This document shows, piece by piece, positions 10,018-20,178 of a DNA stretch of 64,000 nt. Source of the stretch: Minisyncoccota bacterium. GTDB lineage: Bacteria > Patescibacteriota > Minisyncoccia > Phycocordibacterales > UBA2100. Position numbers and translations under genes: made by a program. The stretch covers positions 1,119 to 65,118 of the forward strand of contig JARLIE010000165.1 of the NCBI GenBank assembly GCA_031291875.1. The letters are read 5' to 3'. The notes under the pieces were generated by a model. It saw only the letters and a program-made list of their open reading frames with translations. It was not told where the DNA came from and made no database searches. Position 1 is the stretch's first letter, and every line of letters starts with the position of its first letter.

Positions 10018-11126
10018 AATTCGAGACCAATTTTTCCGAGGAAATCTTTGCGAGCAGCTTCGCGATCCGCTCGCCCGTCGGCATAGCTGGGATCCAATAT
10101 CGCGTCGAAATTAACTTCGCATTTTGCGCTCATAAGCGGTCGCTTGAGTGCGAGCTGCTTGAGGGCGTAGGCGATCGCGACGCCAGAGAGCGTGGCGGCG
10201 TCCACCAGTTGCGGCCACGAGTAGATGGTCTTTCCCACTTCGAGCAGTGAAGACATCATACGTGGAACAATAAAACCGGGACCTGCGATTTTCGTAGCTA
10301 GTTTCGGCAGCTCCGTTGGCGGAAACGATTTGAATTCGTCGATAGTGATGTCACCGATCGCTCCGTTGAAAAGCGATGCGTTTTTATCCAGATCAAATCG
10401 ATCGGCTTCAAAGATAATGTTGTCGCCGTTATCTGTTGCCATAATGACCGGAATCCCTCGGGCGCGCGCTTCCAAGCGAAGGCGAATCTTCATCTCGAGG
10501 TTGTCTGTCTCTTCGACAAGCACGTCTATATCCGACAAGAATGCATCCATATTCTCGGCTGAGACACCGTCTGCAAATGCTTCCACGTGCGCGTACGGGT
10601 CGAGCTGATAGATGTATTCGCGCGCAAGATCGCACTTCTTGCGGCCGACGGCGAGAAAGTCAAAGCGAATGCGATTGAGGTTGGAGGGCGAAACAGTGTC
10701 TGGATCGGCGATTTTTATTCGTTGTCCGCCGCCGAGGTGGGCGAACGTAAAGAGTCCGTGGCTGCCGACGGATAATCCTGCGTAGGCGACGCGCAGTCCA
10801 TAGAGTGCCTGCTGCTCTTCGGCAGTGATGATATTTCGATTGCGCGCGGTGCGGAGCTCCAGGTGTTCGGCCTCGGGCAAGTAGTGTGCGAGCACACCGT
10901 TCCAGGGGAAGTAAAACCATTCGCCGAAGGATGGGTTTGCTCGCTTATACTCTTCCGTAAAGGCGGCAAGCTCCGCTTTGTACTCACGGACAAATTTGAA
11001 TCGCGGGTTGCGAATCAAGAAAAGATCTTCCAGTAAATCGTCGTACGCGTCTATGATGTGCGTTGGTTCGGTTCGTTCTTTAAAGGCTTCTAACGATTCC
11101 CCTGAAGGGTTATATCTCTCCGGCAT
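10014..11126 (-). CDS. ThiF-family adenylating enzyme, Rv1355c/MoeY-like subtype
   Basis: WFYFPW, RNRNIITAEEQ, GLSVG nucleotide loop, DPDTVSPSNLNR and SLLEVGKTIYSWPQL; no CxxC zinc pairs. Confidence 0.87.
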   Translation of the reverse strand: MPERYNPSGESLEAFKERTEPTHIIDAYDDLLEDLFLIRNPRFKFVREYKAELAAFTEEYKRANPSFGEWFYFPWNGVLAHYLPEAEHLELRTARNRNIITAEEQQALYGLRVAYAGLSVGSHGLFTFAHLGGGQRIKIADPDTVSPSNLNRIRFDFLAVGRKKCDLAREYIYQLDPYAHVEAFADGVSAENMDAFLSDIDVLVEETDNLEMKIRLRLEARARGIPVIMATDNGDNIIFEADRFDLDKNASLFNGAIGDITIDEFKSFPPTELPKLATKIAGPGFIVPRMMSSLLEVGKTIYSWPQLVDAATLSGVAIAYALKQLALKRPLMSAKCEVNFDAILDPSYADGRADREAARKDFLGKIGLEL

Positions 11127-11153
11127 GCGGAAATTGTAGCATTTGTTTTACCG

Positions 11154-12638
11154 CTACTGAGTACGAATTACCCACTTTTGCTTGATGTCGCGACGAAAGT
11201 ACGTCGGATCCTCGTGCGGCCAAAAGAGTAGGCGGGGTATCGCGCGATCTCCCAGGAAGGTAAAGAGTTCCTGGAACTCGCCATTTTTCTCGCAAAGATT
11301 TTTGACGATCTCACTCGAGAGCTGCGCGCTGAAAGCCTGGCTTGCCTCTTTGCCATCATGCATCTCGATATTGATCTCTAAGTATTGGTCATTCGCATCG
11401 CTGAATTTCGTCATGAGTGTAAAGCGGCCGGTCAGGAATGCAGCGTATGGTTCCTGGAGCAGAGTTTCGCGAATTGTTTCGGGATAAATCTGTAAGCCGT
11501 AGAGGGTCGTGGAAAGATCCGAGCGCTCATACACGTAGACGAACGGAAGTTTCGCGAGTTTCGAATCGATTTTGTTAGCACGCATCTTCTTTTCCAAATC
11601 GATTCCGTGATTCTCGAAGATGTCGGTGATTTGCTTGAATGAAAACACCCCGCCATTATCGCCGATCGAATAGCGGCAAAGCGGCATCGCGCTGTCCCCT
11701 GTCACATACAGCTGCCCATCAACACATTCGAAATGAGTGAATTCCGACGTGTACTGGGCGAGTGTCGGCGTCTTTGAAATATCGCCAAAAAGGGCTTTAA
11801 AGAGCGCCGGTTTCTCTGCTGCGATTCGTCTTATCAAGATAGAGAGCGGCGTTTCGGCGGCCATCGTACCGAGATCAGCACTGCCGTAGATGTTCATCGT
11901 ATCGGTCAGCGGATTTTTGATGTTCGTTTTTGCAATAACGTAGTCGCGGAATTGCTCGGTGAATGCCTCGGCGGCAAATACAATACCGAACTTGTACTTC
12001 GAGAGTGAGATCCCTGTGGCGATTGCGTCGTCGATCACGTCTTTAATGAATGGCGGATAGCCGGCAAGAATAACCTGGTCGTAATTCGGAGCGAGCTGTT
12101 CAAGCGCTTTTAGAATTTCACTCTTGTTGATGCCCGGCGTTATGACGGATATCGGATGGCCTCGCCGACCCAGCAGTTGAAATGCTTGGTAGGTCAATAG
12201 CCCGCCAATCCATACACCCATACCAAAACAGACAATGATAAGCGTTGGTTTCGATTTTGAGAGCGAGCTTTGTAGAAAAAATCGCTCGTGAATTAACGCC
12301 GATTGCTCATCCACGGTAAATGAGCGCGCGAAGTAAAACGGCTTTCCTGTGGAACCTGACGTCGAGGTCATGACGTGCGGTACAGCAAGCGTGCCTCCCC
12401 AAAATAGTTCCTTGTAGGGATACGCGCGCAAGTAGGAGTCCTTACTCATGACCGGCACTCGGTCGAGTTCGGCATCATTCTTTATGGTTGCCGCAACAAT
12501 AGAGCGGCTCTTGAGGAATTTTTTGTATGCCGGCACTTCAGCCGCCATCCGCTTGAAAAGACTCAAAACGGGGGAGGGGCTTTCCTGAAGCGTTTTCGTA
12601 GCGACCGGCTTCTTTTTTGGAGCTAGTGTTCGACTCAT
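11154..12638 (-). CDS. Phenylacetate-CoA ligase (PaaK)-like adenylate-forming enzyme
   Basis: TSTSGSTGKP loop, YGSAD and RYSIGD motifs. Start moved to MSRTLAP at 12638. Confidence 0.85.
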   Translation of the reverse strand: MSRTLAPKKKPVATKTLQESPSPVLSLFKRMAAEVPAYKKFLKSRSIVAATIKNDAELDRVPVMSKDSYLRAYPYKELFWGGTLAVPHVMTSTSGSTGKPFYFARSFTVDEQSALIHERFFLQSSLSKSKPTLIIVCFGMGVWIGGLLTYQAFQLLGRRGHPISVITPGINKSEILKALEQLAPNYDQVILAGYPPFIKDVIDDAIATGISLSKYKFGIVFAAEAFTEQFRDYVIAKTNIKNPLTDTMNIYGSADLGTMAAETPLSILIRRIAAEKPALFKALFGDISKTPTLAQYTSEFTHFECVDGQLYVTGDSAMPLCRYSIGDNGGVFSFKQITDIFENHGIDLEKKMRANKIDSKLAKLPFVYVYERSDLSTTLYGLQIYPETIRETLLQEPYAAFLTGRFTLMTKFSDANDQYLEINIEMHDGKEASQAFSAQLSSEIVKNLCEKNGEFQELFTFLGDRAIPRLLFWPHEDPTYFRRDIKQKWVIRTQ

Positions 12639-12651
12639 ACTGACGGAGAAA

Positions 12652-13704
12652 TTATAACACGGATACTGCCTCCTTGTCGAGTACCTGCTCAATGGCCCCT
12701 ACAACTGCCGCCATATGCTCCGGTGCCGGGATCGCGAAACGCAGCGTTTCGCGCAGTAGTTCCTTCGCCGTATCGTCCCATGTCTTTCGCTCCCCCGCGC
12801 TCACTCGTATGCCAGCACTTGCCAAGGATTCGCAAATTTCATTTGCACGAGAATGGCGAGTCAAAATAAAATTACAAGACGATGGATAGACGAGCAGGTG
12901 AGGAAAGCGAGCAAGCGCCGTTGCGAAAACAGCACGCTGCTCGATGATGAGTGCTTTGCGCTGCTGGAGCTCACTAACTCGAGAAAGGACTATGTTTGCC
13001 GCATAGACGCTCGGCCCCGGAATGATCCAGGGCAAGGTGCCAAATAGATCTGAACGTAGTTCTTCAGCGATTTCGCGGCTCGTGATGGCGTATCCGACCC
13101 GAATCCCGGGGACGCCGAATGCTTTGGATAATGTACGCAGCACGATAACCGGTTGCTGCGCAACGGCTTGCAGAGCGCTCGAGCCTCCATATTCACCGTA
13201 GGCCTCATCACTAACGACTAACACACCGACCTCACGGGCTGCTGAGAGTATCTGGGAAAACGCACTATCTCCTAACGTGCTGCCGAGCGGATTGTTGGGT
13301 TCGCACAAGAACACAACGTCGACTTCCTTGTTGCGGATGCATTGTAGGGTTTCTTCGAGCGGAAATACGAATGTCCCGTCTTGCTCGCGGTAGTACAAGC
13401 GCACCGTTTCGAGCGGCGTCTCCATCAATACTTTTTCATAGCCGGAAAAGGTCGGCAAAATGAGGAGCGTGCGATAGCGACGCTTCGCGCAATACCGAAC
13501 GGTGGCTCGAATGGCTTCGTCAGAACCAGGTGTTAAGCACACGCTCTCTTGCGGAACGCCGGCGTACGTCGCGATATTTGCCGTGAGCTCGTCGTAGGAT
13601 GGATAGGTGGAGAACGCGGAGCGCGGCATGTTGCGCAAGAGCGCAAGCGTGTCGTCGTCGAGTAACCAATAGCTCTCGTTCAGATCGAGCGGAATGATTT
13701 CCAT
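12652..13704 (-). CDS. PLP-dependent aminotransferase class I/II (HisC/CobD-like)
   Basis: LDLNE, PNNPLG, DEAY and RTLSKAFGVPGIRVGY (PLP lysine). Start at MEIIP (13704). Confidence 0.88.
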   Translation of the reverse strand: MEIIPLDLNESYWLLDDDTLALLRNMPRSAFSTYPSYDELTANIATYAGVPQESVCLTPGSDEAIRATVRYCAKRRYRTLLILPTFSGYEKVLMETPLETVRLYYREQDGTFVFPLEETLQCIRNKEVDVVFLCEPNNPLGSTLGDSAFSQILSAAREVGVLVVSDEAYGEYGGSSALQAVAQQPVIVLRTLSKAFGVPGIRVGYAITSREIAEELRSDLFGTLPWIIPGPSVYAANIVLSRVSELQQRKALIIEQRAVFATALARFPHLLVYPSSCNFILTRHSRANEICESLASAGIRVSAGERKTWDDTAKELLRETLRFAIPAPEHMAAVVGAIEQVLDKEAVSVL

Positions 13705-13706
13705 GA

Positions 13707-14195
13707 TCACGATCTGGCAAATGCGATACCGATATAGGCAACAATCAGCCACCAGAGCTCGTAGGAGGATCCGAAAATATTCTGTGTTTGCGAGCTGAAG
13801 TGCCAAATGGACGCGAGTGATCCGACCTGCATCCAAATACAGACGAGCACGACCGTCGTTGAAACGCCGACGAGAATTCCTGCAAGCGGAGAGCTCGATT
13901 CGGAAAAGCTCATAGTTGCTCGAATGAAAAGTATGAGCAGGATGATTTCAATCGCTAGGAAGACGAGTGCTTGTGGCAACCCGGCGTGGAATTGGCGCAC
14001 GATTGAGCCGAGCAAAAACGCGTTCGGTGCAACCGAAAAGAGAGTCACCGCTACGGGAAGCGAGAGCGAAAGCGCTGTGGCGATACTGGTGCCGCGCAGC
14101 ATGCTGAAAATAGTAATAAGAATGGCGATCGAACCGATAATGATCCAATCCGAAGGAACCCCGGAGGCAATCTGGGTCATCGACTGAAAATCCAT
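13707..14195 (-). CDS. Hypothetical membrane protein (about 5 TM)
   Basis: Hydrophobic ORF filling the gap; TATAAT 8 nt upstream of the ATG. Confidence 0.7.
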   Translation of the reverse strand: MDFQSMTQIASGVPSDWIIIGSIAILITIFSMLRGTSIATALSLSLPVAVTLFSVAPNAFLLGSIVRQFHAGLPQALVFLAIEIILLILFIRATMSFSESSSPLAGILVGVSTTVVLVCIWMQVGSLASIWHFSSQTQNIFGSSYELWWLIVAYIGIAFARS

Positions 14196-14204
14196 ATGCG
14201 CGAA

Positions 14205-15278
14205 TTATAACCCCTCCTTTCGTAGCTCTTCGATCGCTTCTTTTGCTTTGCGGGATAACTTCTTCGGGAATTGTATGTCGATGCGAACCATGAGGTCGCC
14301 GCGACTGCCGCGACCGTACGGAATGCCTTTGCCACGCACTCGAATGAGCTCGCCGTGTTCGACGCCTGCTGGTACGTTGATTTTTTCTTCACCGTCCAAT
14401 GTTGGAATAGTGTAGGTGCCGCCCAAAAGCGCGTCGCTGAGCTTGACCGAAAGCGACGTCGTGAGCGTGTTGCCGTCACGGGTGAATCGCGTGTCTTTGC
14501 GAACGTGGAGCTTTACATACAGATCGCCCGCGCTTCCTGCGGAAGTGGCTTCTCCTCTCCCCGGCATGCGAATCATTTCTCCGTCGTCGACACCGGCTGG
14601 AACGACAATGTGAATCTCCTCTTCGCGCTTCGCGATACCCTCTCCGTGGCAATGTTCGCACGGGGTCTCTGGCACCTCGCCCTTGCCTTTGCAGCGCGGA
14701 CACAAGCGCTCTTGGGTGAATGTCCCGAAGAGAGAGTTGCGTGTTTCGCGGATCGAGCCCTTGCCATTGCAGCTGGTGCACGTGGTCATCTTAGAACCCG
14801 ATTTTGCTCCCGTGCCCGCACACACCTGACAAACCCCCATCTTGGAGATAAGTACGCGACGTTCGGTACCGAAAACAGCCTCCTTGAACGAAAGCTCAAT
14901 ATCGATGGATATATCACGTCCGCGATTGGCGCGTTGCCCACCTTGACCGAAGAATTCAGAGAAAATGTCACCGAGATCAAACTCGAACGCTTGACCGTTG
15001 CCGCCAAATCCCGCGCCGAACGGCGCTCCTTGGGAGAAGTCGAAACCTCCGAAGCCTTGCCCGCCGCCTCCGGCGAATGTCTTGCCGTAGGTGTCGTATT
15101 CGGCCCGCTTCTTTTTGTCTGAAAGGACAGCGTAGGCTTCGCTTGCTTCTTTGAACTTTGCCTCGTCGCCACCTTTTTTGTCTGGGTGATATTTTTGAGC
15201 AAGCTTGCGAAATGCTTTCTTGATTTCTTCCTCGGTAGCGCTTTTCGGAACCCCGAGAATGTCGTAGTAGTTTTTCAT
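14205..15278 (-). CDS. dnaJ: Chaperone DnaJ
   Basis: J-domain HPD, G/F-rich region and four CxxCxGxG repeats. Confidence 0.97.
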   Translation of the reverse strand: MKNYYDILGVPKSATEEEIKKAFRKLAQKYHPDKKGGDEAKFKEASEAYAVLSDKKKRAEYDTYGKTFAGGGGQGFGGFDFSQGAPFGAGFGGNGQAFEFDLGDIFSEFFGQGGQRANRGRDISIDIELSFKEAVFGTERRVLISKMGVCQVCAGTGAKSGSKMTTCTSCNGKGSIRETRNSLFGTFTQERLCPRCKGKGEVPETPCEHCHGEGIAKREEEIHIVVPAGVDDGEMIRMPGRGEATSAGSAGDLYVKLHVRKDTRFTRDGNTLTTSLSVKLSDALLGGTYTIPTLDGEEKINVPAGVEHGELIRVRGKGIPYGRGSRGDLMVRIDIQFPKKLSRKAKEAIEELRKEGL

Positions 15279-15310
15279 AGCGAATCAGTATTGTACTGTA
15301 AACCACTTCC

Positions 15311-15350
15311 AAAGCAAAAGACGCCTCGTTTCGAGACGTCTTTTGCCTTT
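15311..15350 (-). terminator. Intrinsic terminator-like hairpin after dnaK
   Basis: GCAAAAGACG...CGTCTTTTGC inverted repeat with flanking A/T runs. Confidence 0.7.
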
Positions 15351-17219
15351 TTATTGTTGCGGGGGCGTTTGGTCTTGGGGCGGCTGCTCGCCTTGGTTAC
15401 CTCCGGTGGAAGAACCACCTTGGCCGGACATCGACTGTCCGATCGTGCTCATTGCGCTTGAGAGCTGTTCGGACGCAGTTTTGATCGCGTTTGCGTCCGT
15501 GCCATTGCGAGCCGCTTTCGCAGCATCAAGCTTTTCCTGCACGTTCTTTTTGATGTCTTCGCTCACTTTATCGCCATATTCGCGGAGCGCTTTCTCTGCC
15601 GCATAGATGTTTTGGTCGGCGCTATTTTGCGCCTCTACCAACTCTTTCTTTTCGCGGTCGGTGTCGGCGTTTTTCTCAGCATCTTGGCGCATTTTTTCGA
15701 TATCGGTTTCCGAGAGACCGGAAGAGCCTTCGATGCGGATGGACTGTTCTTTACCGCTCGTCTTGTCCTTTGCCTTGACGGTGAGGATGCCGTTCGCGTC
15801 GATGTCGAAGGTTACCTCAACCTGCGGAACTCCTCGTGGAGCCGGCGGAATGCCGTCCAAATTGAAACGTCCGAGTGATTTGTTGTCTGCAGCCATCGGG
15901 CGCTCTCCTTGCACGACGTGGATCTCAACAGACGGTTGATTGTCGGCAGCAGTTGAGAAGACCTGTGACTTCGCTGTCGGAATAGTGGTGTTGCGTTCGA
16001 TAAGGCGTGTGGCGACGCCGCCCATCGTCTCGATACCCAGCGAAAGCGGGATCACGTCGAGAAGCAATACGTCCTTTACGTCACCCTGCAAAATGCCGCC
16101 TTGGATTGCCGCGCCGATAGCAACAACTTCATCAGGGTTGACGCTCATGTTGGGCTTTCGGCCGAAGTATTCCTGCACGGCTTTTTGAATCGCGGGCATG
16201 CGAGTCTGTCCACCCACGAGGATGATCTCGTTGAGTTCACCGACCTTAAAAGGCGATGCGTCGATCGCGCGCTTCGTGATCATGAGCGCCCGCTCGACGA
16301 ACTCGCGGGAGAGCTCTTCGAGCTTTGCGCGGGTGAGTTTGACAAGGAGATGCTGAGGACCGGCAGCGGTGGAGGTAATGAACGGAATGTTCACCTCTGT
16401 TTCGAGTGCGCTCGAGAGTTCGATCTTTGCTTTCTCCGCGGCTTCGTCGAGTCGCTGACGCGCGAGAGGATCAGTGCGCACATCGATGCCGGATTCCTTT
16501 TTGAATTCATCGGCGAGCCAATCCATGATCTTTTGGTCGATGTCTTTGCCACCCAAGTGCGCGTCACCGTCGGTCGATCGCACCTCGATCACATCGTCTC
16601 CCACCTCCAAGACGGAAATGTCGAACGTACCACCGCCGAAGTCGAAGACGGCAATCTTTTCGTTCTTCTTTTTGTTGAAACCGTACGCGAGCGCGGCGGC
16701 TGTCGGTTCGTTGATGATGCGCTTAACGTCGAGGCCGGCAATTTTTCCGGCGTCGCGGGTCGCCTGACGCTGGGTGTCGTTGAAGTAGGCAGGGACTGTG
16801 ATCACTGCTTCTGTAACAGTTTCGCCAAGGCGCGCTTCTGCGTCTTGCTTCAGTTTCTGTAAAATCATCGCGGAAACCTCTTCCGGGCGGTACCATTTGT
16901 CCGCCATCTTGACCTCGATACCGCTGTTATCCGTCTTCCTGACTTCAAACGGAATAGATTTGATGTCTTTTTGCACACCCGCCTCGTCAAAGGTGTGCCC
17001 AATGAAGCGCTTTATTTGGTAGATGGTGTTTTGCGGATTGGTCACTGCTTGTCGGCGCGCCAATTGACCAACAAGTCGCTCACCACCCTTAGAGATGGCG
17101 ACGATCGACGGTGTCGTGCGTCCACCCTCTGCGTTTTCGATGATATGAGGCTCACCTCCCGTGACATATGCCACTGCGGAGTTGGTTGTGCCCAGATCGA
17201 TACCGATGATTTTAGCCAT
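15351..17219 (-). CDS. dnaK: Chaperone DnaK
   Basis: [25 protein letters not shown] and DFGGGTFD motifs. Confidence 0.98.
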   Translation of the reverse strand: MAKIIGIDLGTTNSAVAYVTGGEPHIIENAEGGRTTPSIVAISKGGERLVGQLARRQAVTNPQNTIYQIKRFIGHTFDEAGVQKDIKSIPFEVRKTDNSGIEVKMADKWYRPEEVSAMILQKLKQDAEARLGETVTEAVITVPAYFNDTQRQATRDAGKIAGLDVKRIINEPTAAALAYGFNKKKNEKIAVFDFGGGTFDISVLEVGDDVIEVRSTDGDAHLGGKDIDQKIMDWLADEFKKESGIDVRTDPLARQRLDEAAEKAKIELSSALETEVNIPFITSTAAGPQHLLVKLTRAKLEELSREFVERALMITKRAIDASPFKVGELNEIILVGGQTRMPAIQKAVQEYFGRKPNMSVNPDEVVAIGAAIQGGILQGDVKDVLLLDVIPLSLGIETMGGVATRLIERNTTIPTAKSQVFSTAADNQPSVEIHVVQGERPMAADNKSLGRFNLDGIPPAPRGVPQVEVTFDIDANGILTVKAKDKTSGKEQSIRIEGSSGLSETDIEKMRQDAEKNADTDREKKELVEAQNSADQNIYAAEKALREYGDKVSEDIKKNVQEKLDAAKAARNGTDANAIKTASEQLSSAMSTIGQSMSGQGGSSTGGNQGEQPPQDQTPPQQ

Positions 17220-17255
17220 AGCTTTAGAATTAGTGGGTTAATGAAGACATAAATT

Positions 17256-17284
17256 TATATATGCTTCTGAAAATCGCTTGTCAA
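17256..17284 (-). promoter_or_regulatory. Sigma70-type promoter of dnaK
   Basis: TTGACA-17 nt-TATATA on the minus strand. Confidence 0.55.
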
Positions 17285-17345
17285 GATTTGTCCGTTCGAA
17301 GGGTGCCGCTTGCCACTATATACAATGCGCACCTTTGTAGCTACG

Positions 17346-17888
17346 TTATTTTTTTACGATGACTTGCGCTGGGCGCAGAACACGCTCCCCTATTTTGTAA
17401 CCGTACCGCATGATCCTGAAGACGGTTCCAGGTTCGCCGGGCACTTCTTCGGTCTCTTCGACGGCCTCGTGCTGCCGGTGATCGAACTTCTCTCCAGCTT
17501 TGCCGAATCGTTCTATGCCATTTCGCGCGAGTGCATCCAAAATTTGATTGCGGATGAGATCGACACCGGTTCTCCATTCTGGAGCAACTGACTCCCAAGT
17601 CGGGGAACCTGCCGCCATATCGAATCCGTCGAGGGCCGGCAAAAGGTCTTCGACAAAAGATTCAACTGCACGTTCGCCGGTACGTTTTGCTTGATGTAAA
17701 AGTTCTTGCCGTGAATTTACCATGTCGGCCTTGGCGCGTTGCCAGCCGTCGAGGTATTCCTGGCGCTCCTTCTTCGCTTTCTCGAGCTCGTCCCGGAGTT
17801 TTTTAAGTTTGGCTTTCGCAGCACCGACGTCCCCAAGCTCGTCCTCGGGTTCGAAATCTATATCTTCCCTTTCGAGATCGTCGTTCAT
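17346..17888 (-). CDS. grpE: Nucleotide exchange factor GrpE
   Basis: QRAKADMVN, FDHRQHEAV and GYKIGERVLRPAQV; upstream of dnaK. Confidence 0.95.
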   Translation of the reverse strand: MNDDLEREDIDFEPEDELGDVGAAKAKLKKLRDELEKAKKERQEYLDGWQRAKADMVNSRQELLHQAKRTGERAVESFVEDLLPALDGFDMAAGSPTWESVAPEWRTGVDLIRNQILDALARNGIERFGKAGEKFDHRQHEAVEETEEVPGEPGTVFRIMRYGYKIGERVLRPAQVIVKK

Positions 17889-17944
17889 GAGCGCGAGTAT
17901 AGCATAAGCGCCCTTCGGGCTTCACTTCTCATCCAACTGCTACC

Positions 17945-17970
17945 AAAAGGCTCCCTTTCGGGAGCCTTCT
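17945..17970 (-). terminator. Intrinsic terminator after rpsI
   Basis: Minus strand reads AAGGCTCCC-GAAA-GGGAGCCTTTT. Confidence 0.8.
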
Positions 17971-17972
17971 CG

Positions 17973-18365
17973 TTAGCGCTTACTCCACTGCGGAGCTCGG
18001 CGTGCGCCTTTGAGGCCGAACTTCTTGCGTTCCTTAGCGCGAGGATCGCGTTTGAGGAAACCTTTCACTTTTAAATCTTTTCGTTGTTCAGGAACGAGGG
18101 CGATGATGGCGCGCGAAAGACCGTGACGCACCGCGTCTGCCTGGGCCTTATGACCGCCTCCTTGAACCTTTGCAGTAACGGCGTAGGTGGCACCGAGCGT
18201 TTGCATCGGAGAGAACGCTGTCTTCACCATTTGCTCGAGTGGGAAATATTCCTCAGCCGTCTTGCCGTTGACCATCATCGAGGCGTTCTTCGCTTCCGTA
18301 ATGCGAACGCGCGCCGAGGCTGTTTTGCGACGACCGACTGCTTCTGTGTATCCGTTCTTTGCCAT
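17973..18365 (-). CDS. rpsI: 30S ribosomal protein S9
   Basis: GRRKTASARV and RDPRAKERKKFGLKGARRAPQWSKR. Confidence 0.97.
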   Translation of the reverse strand: MAKNGYTEAVGRRKTASARVRITEAKNASMMVNGKTAEEYFPLEQMVKTAFSPMQTLGATYAVTAKVQGGGHKAQADAVRHGLSRAIIALVPEQRKDLKVKGFLKRDPRAKERKKFGLKGARRAPQWSKR

Positions 18366-18387
18366 AATTGTAGTGAGTATAATCGAA

Positions 18388-18747
18388 CTATTCGGTGATC
18401 GTAAGGTTTTTGAGGCGCGACGTCTTCATCGTGTTGCGCGGAAGCATGCGTGAAACAGCGCGGCGGATTGCTTCTGCATTGCCGCCTTTGCGAGCAACGA
18501 GCTGTGCCATCGATTCGATTCGGAGTCCGCCCGGGTAACCAGAATAGGTCGTATAGGTCTTTTGCGTGCGCTTCTTCTCGCGGGTGTAGATTTTTGAAGC
18601 GTTAACGATGCTCACCTTCACCTTGGAATCGATGTGCGGTGTGTAGTCTGCACGAGTCTTACCCATGAGAGCCTTCGCTGCGGCCGAAGCGACGCGACCA
18701 AGCGTCTGGCCTCCTGCGTCGATCGTGTATGTTTTTTCTTCTGTCAT
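18388..18747 (-). CDS. rplM: 50S ribosomal protein L13
   Basis: IDAGGQTLGRVAS, YTPH, SGYPGG and RMLP. Start at MTEEK. Confidence 0.95.
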   Translation of the reverse strand: MTEEKTYTIDAGGQTLGRVASAAAKALMGKTRADYTPHIDSKVKVSIVNASKIYTREKKRTQKTYTTYSGYPGGLRIESMAQLVARKGGNAEAIRRAVSRMLPRNTMKTSRLKNLTITE

Positions 18748-18751
18748 AAGA

Positions 18752-19105
18752 TTATTGTACGAATTCGATACGAGCTTGCTCGCCAACGCGCTTGCCGATG
18801 CGACCGAGCTTCACGATGCGAGTATATCCGCCTGCGCGGTTGGCGTAACGAGGGGCGATGGTCTCCTTGAGCTTCTTCGCGGCTTCGCTAGAACCGAGGC
18901 GAGAAACAACGTTGCGCTGCGAGGCGAGCGTACCCTTCTTACTTTCGGTGACAAGACGTTCGACGAACGGGCGAAGTTCCTTTGCCTTCGCGACAGTGGT
19001 CGTAAGACCTTCTTGGAGCACCAAGGAGCGCGCCAAAGAGCGAAGCAGTGCGGTGTACTGCCGCTTGGTTCGATGCAATGTTCGTTTGGCTACATGGTGT
19101 CTCAT
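18752..19105 (-). CDS. rplQ: 50S ribosomal protein L17
   Basis: MRH start, TTVAKAKELRPFVE and RAGGYTRI. Confidence 0.97.
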   Translation of the reverse strand: MRHHVAKRTLHRTKRQYTALLRSLARSLVLQEGLTTTVAKAKELRPFVERLVTESKKGTLASQRNVVSRLGSSEAAKKLKETIAPRYANRAGGYTRIVKLGRIGKRVGEQARIEFVQ

Positions 19106-19123
19106 AGAGGTAAGGTAAATGAA

Positions 19124-20098
19124 TTACTGGGAACGAAGCGTGAGGCCGAGATTGGAAAGCGCGCGTTTGATGTCCTGCAATCCCTTCTGGCCGAGGCCTT
19201 CGATCGAGAGCAGGTCGTCTTCTCGCTTGCGTACCAAGCCACCAACGGTGCGGATCGATGCGTTGTCGAGCGCAGCCTCAACCCGCTGCGGGAGTTGCAA
19301 TTCCGTGATGCGAGTCTTGAGCATTTCTGCGTCCATTTGGCTCGCGCGGTCTTCGCGGATAGCCGGGTGGTTGACGTCCGTGATTGCGGAAAGTTCAGGA
19401 ACTTCCTCTTCCTTGAAACCGACGATCGACTTGAGCTGATGAATCATGGTCTCGATCGAGGATTCAAGCGCTTCGCGAGGCGTGAGGGATCCGTCGGTCT
19501 CGATAAGAATTCGGAGACGGTTGAAGTCGGTGCGGTCGCCGACGCGCATGTTTTCAACTTCATAGTTGACGCGGCGAATCGGAGAGAAGATCGCATCGAG
19601 CGCAATCATACCGATGTCGACTCGTTCTTTTTGGTGCTGTTCCTTCGGAACGTAGCCAAGGCCGCGTTCGGCTGAAAGCTCCATTTCAAGCGAGCTCTTG
19701 CCGGTGATCTCGGCGATGTGCTGCTCCGGGTTCAGGATTTCTACTTGTCCGGGCAAGTTGAGATCAGCTGCGGTCACGTCTTTCGGGCCCTTCGCGTCGA
19801 GCGTGATCGTTTGCGGCTCGTCACTCGTGAGTCGGAAGCGGATCTTGCGGATATTGAGCAAGATAGTGACAACATCTTCCTTGACACCTTCGATGGTTGA
19901 AAATTCGTGCGCAACTCCAGGAATCTTGACGTGCGTTACAGCCGCGCCTCGAAGTGAGGAGAGGATGATGCGGCGAAGCGAGTTGCCGAGCGTGTAGCCG
20001 TAACCCGGGTACAAGCCGTCGATCTCATACGTACCACTGCGCTCCGATTCGGAGACAACGCGCGGTTTCGATGGAAGTGCGATCACGTAGTCGGACAT
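19124..20098 (-). CDS. rpoA: RNA polymerase alpha subunit
   Basis: GYGYTLGNSLRRIILSS and HEFSTIEGVKEDV, plus an alpha-CTD. Confidence 0.98.
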   Translation of the reverse strand: MSDYVIALPSKPRVVSESERSGTYEIDGLYPGYGYTLGNSLRRIILSSLRGAAVTHVKIPGVAHEFSTIEGVKEDVVTILLNIRKIRFRLTSDEPQTITLDAKGPKDVTAADLNLPGQVEILNPEQHIAEITGKSSLEMELSAERGLGYVPKEQHQKERVDIGMIALDAIFSPIRRVNYEVENMRVGDRTDFNRLRILIETDGSLTPREALESSIETMIHQLKSIVGFKEEEVPELSAITDVNHPAIREDRASQMDAEMLKTRITELQLPQRVEAALDNASIRTVGGLVRKREDDLLSIEGLGQKGLQDIKRALSNLGLTLRSQ

Positions 20099-20178
20099 AA
20101 AATTTGTATGAAGAATACCGGGTTACTAAATTTGATAAAGCGGCGCAAGCGAGAGATAAAACGCACGCCAGTATACCA

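Noticed and set aside
10014-11126. Thiamine/molybdopterin or ubiquitin-like role for the ThiF gene
   Set aside because: No zinc CxxC motifs, and no ThiS/MoaD-like Gly-Gly carrier or RiPP precursor seen nearby.
16101-16862. 253-aa ORF antisense to dnaK (similar cases lie opposite rpoA, dnaJ, proS and alaS)
   Set aside because: Long antisense frames opposite conserved genes are a known codon-bias artefact.
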